Part shown: positions 59,088 to 64,000 of the stretch, piece by piece | How positions within the stretch are numbered: the first letter of the stretch is position 1 | How the letters are laid out: every line of letters starts with the position of its first letter | From: Eledone cirrhosa | Taxonomy: Eukaryota | Assembly (NCBI GenBank): GCA_964016885.1 | Contig: OZ024749.1 | Location: forward strand, 23,622,001-23,686,000 | Length of the DNA stretch: 64,000 nt | Direction of reading: 5' to 3' | Position numbers and translations under genes: made by a program | The notes under the pieces: generated by a model | The model's database searches: none | Told to the model about the DNA's origin: nothing | The model's input: only the letters and a program-made list of their open reading frames with translations

Positions 59088-59715
59088 CCTCTATTAGGTT
59101 GATGCATATGCCACAGTTGGGTCTATCGCATTTTTTACTGTGGGTTTCGTTGTTGTGGTTGGCAGTATTTTGGCCTGTTTTAGGATGATTTTCATTGACG
59201 TAGATTGTCTTTTGCTCTTTATGATATCGTGTGTTCGTAGGATTTGGTTCATTCTGTGGTCCTTTTTCAACACAGGGATGTTCTGTAGGATGGTGTCAAA
59301 GGCTTCAACGAAACCACAGTAAAAGAATGCGATAGACCCAACTTTGGCATATGCATCAACCTAATAGAGGGTTCGGAATTATATTTCAAAGAAGGACAAC
59401 GTTTTATAGTAAAACACAATTTCACATGCGCATCAGAAAATCTAATATATGTATTAACTTGCTCAGGTTGTCGAGAACAATACAGAGGCCAGACCAAAAA
59501 CAGCCTCCGCCAACGCATGACTGCCCGTAGATCCCAAATTAAAATACGGGAATACAGGAAAATACCACTGAATGAACACATTGATACCTGTGCCGCCCAA
59601 AATCATCCCAACTTCAGAACCTTTCCCCCCTACAAATTTAAAGATAATGCCACCCACACCCAGCGCACCAGCAAGGAATCTCACTTTATTAACAAATACG
59701 GAGCCATCTAAACAC
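59087..59715 (+). mobile_element. Penelope-like GIY-YIG fragment with an inverted 5' segment
   Basis: Plus 59306-59711: CDRPNFGICINL..FTCASENLIYVLTCSGCREQYRGQTKNSLRQRM..ESHFINKY. 59087-59290 holds the upstream part on the minus strand. Confidence 0.85.
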
Positions 59716-60242
59716 TTCTCCCTAAGACGAACCCACAACATACACACGTCAACATAATACCTACATCAGCATACATCGCCATCCACATATAGACACAATG
59801 ACATACGTAAAGACACATGTTCTATGGTGCAACACAAATATACACAAATTTGCATACGTTTTGATGTCTATAGATATAACCGTGCCGACACACACACATA
59901 CATAAACGCACACATGCATTGCACACTGATGGGCCCATACATATTTGTACACAAGTATTCCAATACGGCAAGGCCTAATGGATTCCCCTTGCAATACGTA
60001 CAATCTGTACACACACACACACCCTGGTATTATACCAATACTATATATCATTTCCCACCTTTTATTATTAAGGTTTTTGAGGTTCTATTGATAGAATCGT
60101 TTTTACTGAAAATATCGAATAATGTACACCATTTTTACCAGTATCACAAAAATGCTGGTCCACCCACACACACACACATTCTCACACACACACACACATA
60201 TATACACACATACATACACACAGGTACATTAACATACAAAGA

Positions 60243-60317
<75 letters not shown>

Positions 60318-61005
60318 CACAACACACACACTCTTCTCCGTATAAGACAAGAGGTGAAAAATATCTTTTAACATGTTAAAACATGCCCCACACACGTACA
60401 GACACATTCCTACTGACCATCCCTCTACCACGAATTACTCTGCTACACACACACACACACTTGTCTTAATAGGCATTTGAACTGTCAACAGGCTGCGGTT
60501 CGCACACACATCCCTACTGACCATTATCACAACGACGAACCTCTTTACTACTACTACTACTACACACACACACACACACACATATTTGTTTTGAAAGACT
60601 TATTTTTCAGTGACTTCTCAATCAGCTGACACAAACCTACATTTGGCGAAAAATCAATTTTTAACATTCACATAACCTCTACCGACCAATCAGAATTGTT
60701 TTGACCACAAGAATTTTCGCAACATGAATTGGCACGAAACATATTTTAATACATCTGGAGCCACTTTTTTCACATAAAACAGGTAGAATTTCCAAAACTA
60801 ATCAGATTAGAGCAAACATCACAGGCGCTCTATCTCAAAATTATTTGTGAAAAGCATTAGAAATGCTCAACCGGTAACACTTAAAACCAAAACTGAATAC
60901 TAACCAATACTATTACTAATTTTTACTTATTCCTAATTAAACTATTTTTCACTGGGAACAATTTGTCAGCATTTTCTTTTCCGTTTACCAATATATATAT
61001 ATATA

Positions 61006-61203
61006 TAGGAACGAGTAGGACGCCGACGGCTGAGCTCAAGCCGTTCCGACGGCTAATTCTGGACTCAGTCCAGAATTAGCCGTCAAAACGTGTTGAGCTC
61101 AGCCGTCGGGGTCCTACTCGTTCCTATTACCCACTCTACTACCCTAAGTATTGAGTACCTTGGTGCGTTATGGTCCACCTGGTTCCTTAGCACATTTCCT
61201 TCG

Positions 61204-61205
<2 letters not shown>
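61006..61205 (+). repeat. Half-hammerhead family B element with fold-back
   Basis: Palindrome 61006-61126 centred on the 17-bp hairpin 61048-61084; (TA)n on both sides. Confidence 0.7.
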
Positions 61206-61254
<49 letters not shown>

Positions 61255-61297
61255 CGAAACATAAGTCAATTGCATGAACTCATAATCCTTTATTTAC

Positions 61298-61349
61298 TGC
61301 TATATATATTTCGATGATAGCCATTGAATGGCTATGACATCATCAGGCA
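61298..61349 (-). ncRNA. Type I hammerhead
   Basis: Minus: TGC CTGATGA tgtc ATAGCCAT tca ATGGCTAT catc GAAA TATATATA GCA gta AATAAA; (TA)n about 45 nt downstream. Confidence 0.7.
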
Positions 61350-61412
61350 CTTAGTCAGTTCTTCGATATGCCAGCTCTATGTGTATAGTGTTGATAGTAT
61401 CAGAGCCTTGGG

Positions 61413-61469
<57 letters not shown>

Positions 61470-61755
61470 AATACATATATGTGAATGTGTATTTGTTCAT
61501 AATATTTCAAGACATATTTTGTGGTTTGTTGTCTGAATACTTGTGCCTTTTACATGAAACACCATCTATCATTAGGGAAGACTGTTTTTAAAGAAATAGA
61601 AAGAATTAACAACTCTTACGCCAGTTATTAGTTATTACTCACTTGCTGTTGGTGTTGTTGTTGCTGTTGTTGTTTTATGTCAGTTTAGAATTCAAAGTTC
61701 GGTTTACTGTATATATGTACCCGAAGATGATATACGTGTGTCTGTATATATATAT

Positions 61756-61824
<69 letters not shown>

Positions 61825-62319
61825 AGAGAGAGACAGAAAGTGAAAGGAAAGAGAGAGAGTGGGGATAAGCGGGATCACCTGAAAAATGCTACTATAAAGT
61901 AGCCAAGAATATTAAAACATGTATTTGCTGAAAGATATATAGAAAGATATGTTGATAGATAGATAGATAGATAGGTAGTTACATGTCTCTATAGATAGAT
62001 AGATAGATAGTGGGAAAGTGAGAAAGTTAGTGAGTGAGAATGAGCGAGAGAGAGGTGGGAGGGGGACAGAGAGTGAGTGAGAGAGAGAGAAATAGATGGG
62101 TGGGGATGAATGAACAGTGAATGGCGACTTTGATGTTTGTATCTTCAGATGAAATAGGTTGGGTAGAAAGGTTGACGGTAGATATAGTCTTTCATGTATA
62201 TCTCAAGAGAGGAGACAGGTAGATTTGAATTAATGTGAAATTTGTTGTGTGTAAATTGGTAATGAGAGAGAAATAGGGAGAGATAAAAGGAAGGAGAGAG
62301 GGGGACGAAGAGAAAGTGT

Positions 62320-62366
62320 GAAAAGCAGAAAAGTTATTGGAAGAGAACGTATTCTGTGTACCTGCA

Positions 62367-62449
<83 letters not shown>

Positions 62450-62660
62450 AAAAGGGAGAGAGAGATAGAGATAGAGAGAGAGAATGGGTGAAGGGGAGAG
62501 AGAAAAAAGTGAGCGTGAGAGAGAGTAAGATGGCGAAAGAAGGATAGAGAAAGGGAGTGTGAGATGGTGAGATATGGTGGGAGAGAGAGAGACGGAGAGG
62601 AGAGAGGAGGAGAGGCGGAAATATTTTTTGAAGAAAACTTTTTACTGTTTACCTGGAGGT

Positions 62661-62750
<90 letters not shown>

Positions 62751-63500
62751 AGAGTGTGAAAAATAGAAGTGGAAATGTGATTGGAAGATAGCGGTTTTCT
62801 ATGTACCTAAAGAGGAGAAAGAAGGTGCGAAATATACAGATAAAAAGACTAAATTTGAGTGTGTGACAGGGAGTGAGAGAATGTGCGATAGAGGGGGAAA
62901 AATACAGGTGAAGATGTGATTGGAATATAACGGTTTTCTCTGTACCTGGAGAGAATGAGAGTGAATTTGAGTGAGAGAGAGAACGAGAGAGAGCGACAGA
63001 GAGAGACAAACAAACAGAGAGAAGGAGAGAGAGAGAAGTTGAAATATGATTGAAATATAGCGGTTTTCTGTGGACCTGGAGTGGAGACAGGGTAAGAGAG
63101 AGAAAGTGAAAGAGAACGAGACTGAATCTGGATGAGTGAGAGATAGTGAGAGGGAGAGAGAGATTAAGAGATAAAGAGTGAAAAATAGAGGCTAAAATGT
63201 GTTTGAAATATAACATCTAACGTATTTCTGTGAATTTGACGAGAACAAACACAGATAGAGACAGAGAGAGAGAGTAGAAAAATGAGGTTCAAAGGTGATT
63301 GGAATATGAGGTTTTTCTGTGTACCTGGGAGGAGAAAGAGAGAGAGAGAACTTGAAAGAGACTGAATCTGGGTGAGAGAAAGAGTGTTACAGGGAGAAAG
63401 AGAGAGAGAGAGAGAGTGAATAAGAGATAGAGAATGAAACATGGAGGCTAAAATGTGATTGAAATATAAGGTTTTTCTTTGTACCTGGGCAGGAGAAACA
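62320..63500. repeat. Array of about 8 diverged 45-bp cores (aaatgtgattggaa..ggttttctgtgtacctgg) separated by (GA)n
   Basis: Cores near 62330, 62617, 62772, 62910, 63041, 63194, 63291 and 63450. Confidence 0.85.
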
Positions 63501-63564
63501 GATATGTATATATATATATATATATATCCATATATATATGTAAATATATGTATATATATATATA

Positions 63565-63711
63565 TAATTGTTTCTACTTTAGGCACAAGGCCAGCAATTA
63601 CCCAGTGCATTACTGGTACTTTATTTTATCGACCCCGTAAGGATGAAAGGCAAAGTCAACCTCGGCGGGATTTGAACTCAGATCGTAAAGGGACGTAACT
63701 ATGCTGGAAAG
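63565..63711 (-). mobile_element. OK-like SINE, 5'-truncated
   Basis: Near-identical to the reverse complement of 52880-53024. Confidence 0.9.
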
Positions 63712-63784
63712 TATATATATATATATAATATTATAATGAAATGACAGGAGGCTGGATTTGTGTAAATCCTTGAAAGGTTTATTT

Positions 63785-63840
63785 TACTATGATCATTTCA
63801 ATGACCGGGTTCCGTATGAATCCGGTGATATCATCAGGTA
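63785..63840 (-). ncRNA. Type I hammerhead
   Basis: Minus: TAC CTGATGA t ATCACCGGATTC atacg GAACCCGGTCAT t GAAA TGATCA TA GTA a AATAAA; palindromic helix III AUGAUCAU; TA tract about 60 nt downstream. Confidence 0.75.
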
Positions 63841-64000
63841 TTCGAAATATAATACGTGAATGTAATAGATAAAATCCATGGGGCTGAAAATCAAGGACCC
63901 GAGTGCGACCGCCATCCAGCACCTTCTACCTTTGCCGGTCGCCTTCGAATGACGTGGCTAAAGCTTACAGTCTGCTACTACCGGTCAGATAAAGGAAAAC

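Overview
AT-rich, microsatellite-saturated eukaryotic DNA, probably an octopod cephalopod. That call is inferred from a recurrent tRNA-derived SINE resembling the Octopus OK-type SINE and from the TE mix. I find no host protein-coding gene I can support; most of the ORF track is translated (TA)n/(CA)n/(GA)n. The window is a TE graveyard: an APE-RT LINE, several R4/Dong-type RLE LINEs in (TAA)n tracts, four Penelope-like (PLE) fragments, RTE and L1/Tx1-like fragments, mariner and piggyBac-type remnants and >10 SINE copies. The main signal the ORF track misses is RNA-level. By eye I count 19 type I hammerhead ribozyme (HHR) motifs, intact or decayed, in about 8 sequence families, plus 5 copies of a 'half-hammerhead' family. 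Most sit in short elements abutting (TA)n, often followed by AATAAA, and several show compensatory base changes between copies. Several lie in long palindromes carrying two outward-facing ribozymes, and one family folds back at the position of ribozyme helix II. All structures were paired by hand; nothing was computed or searched.
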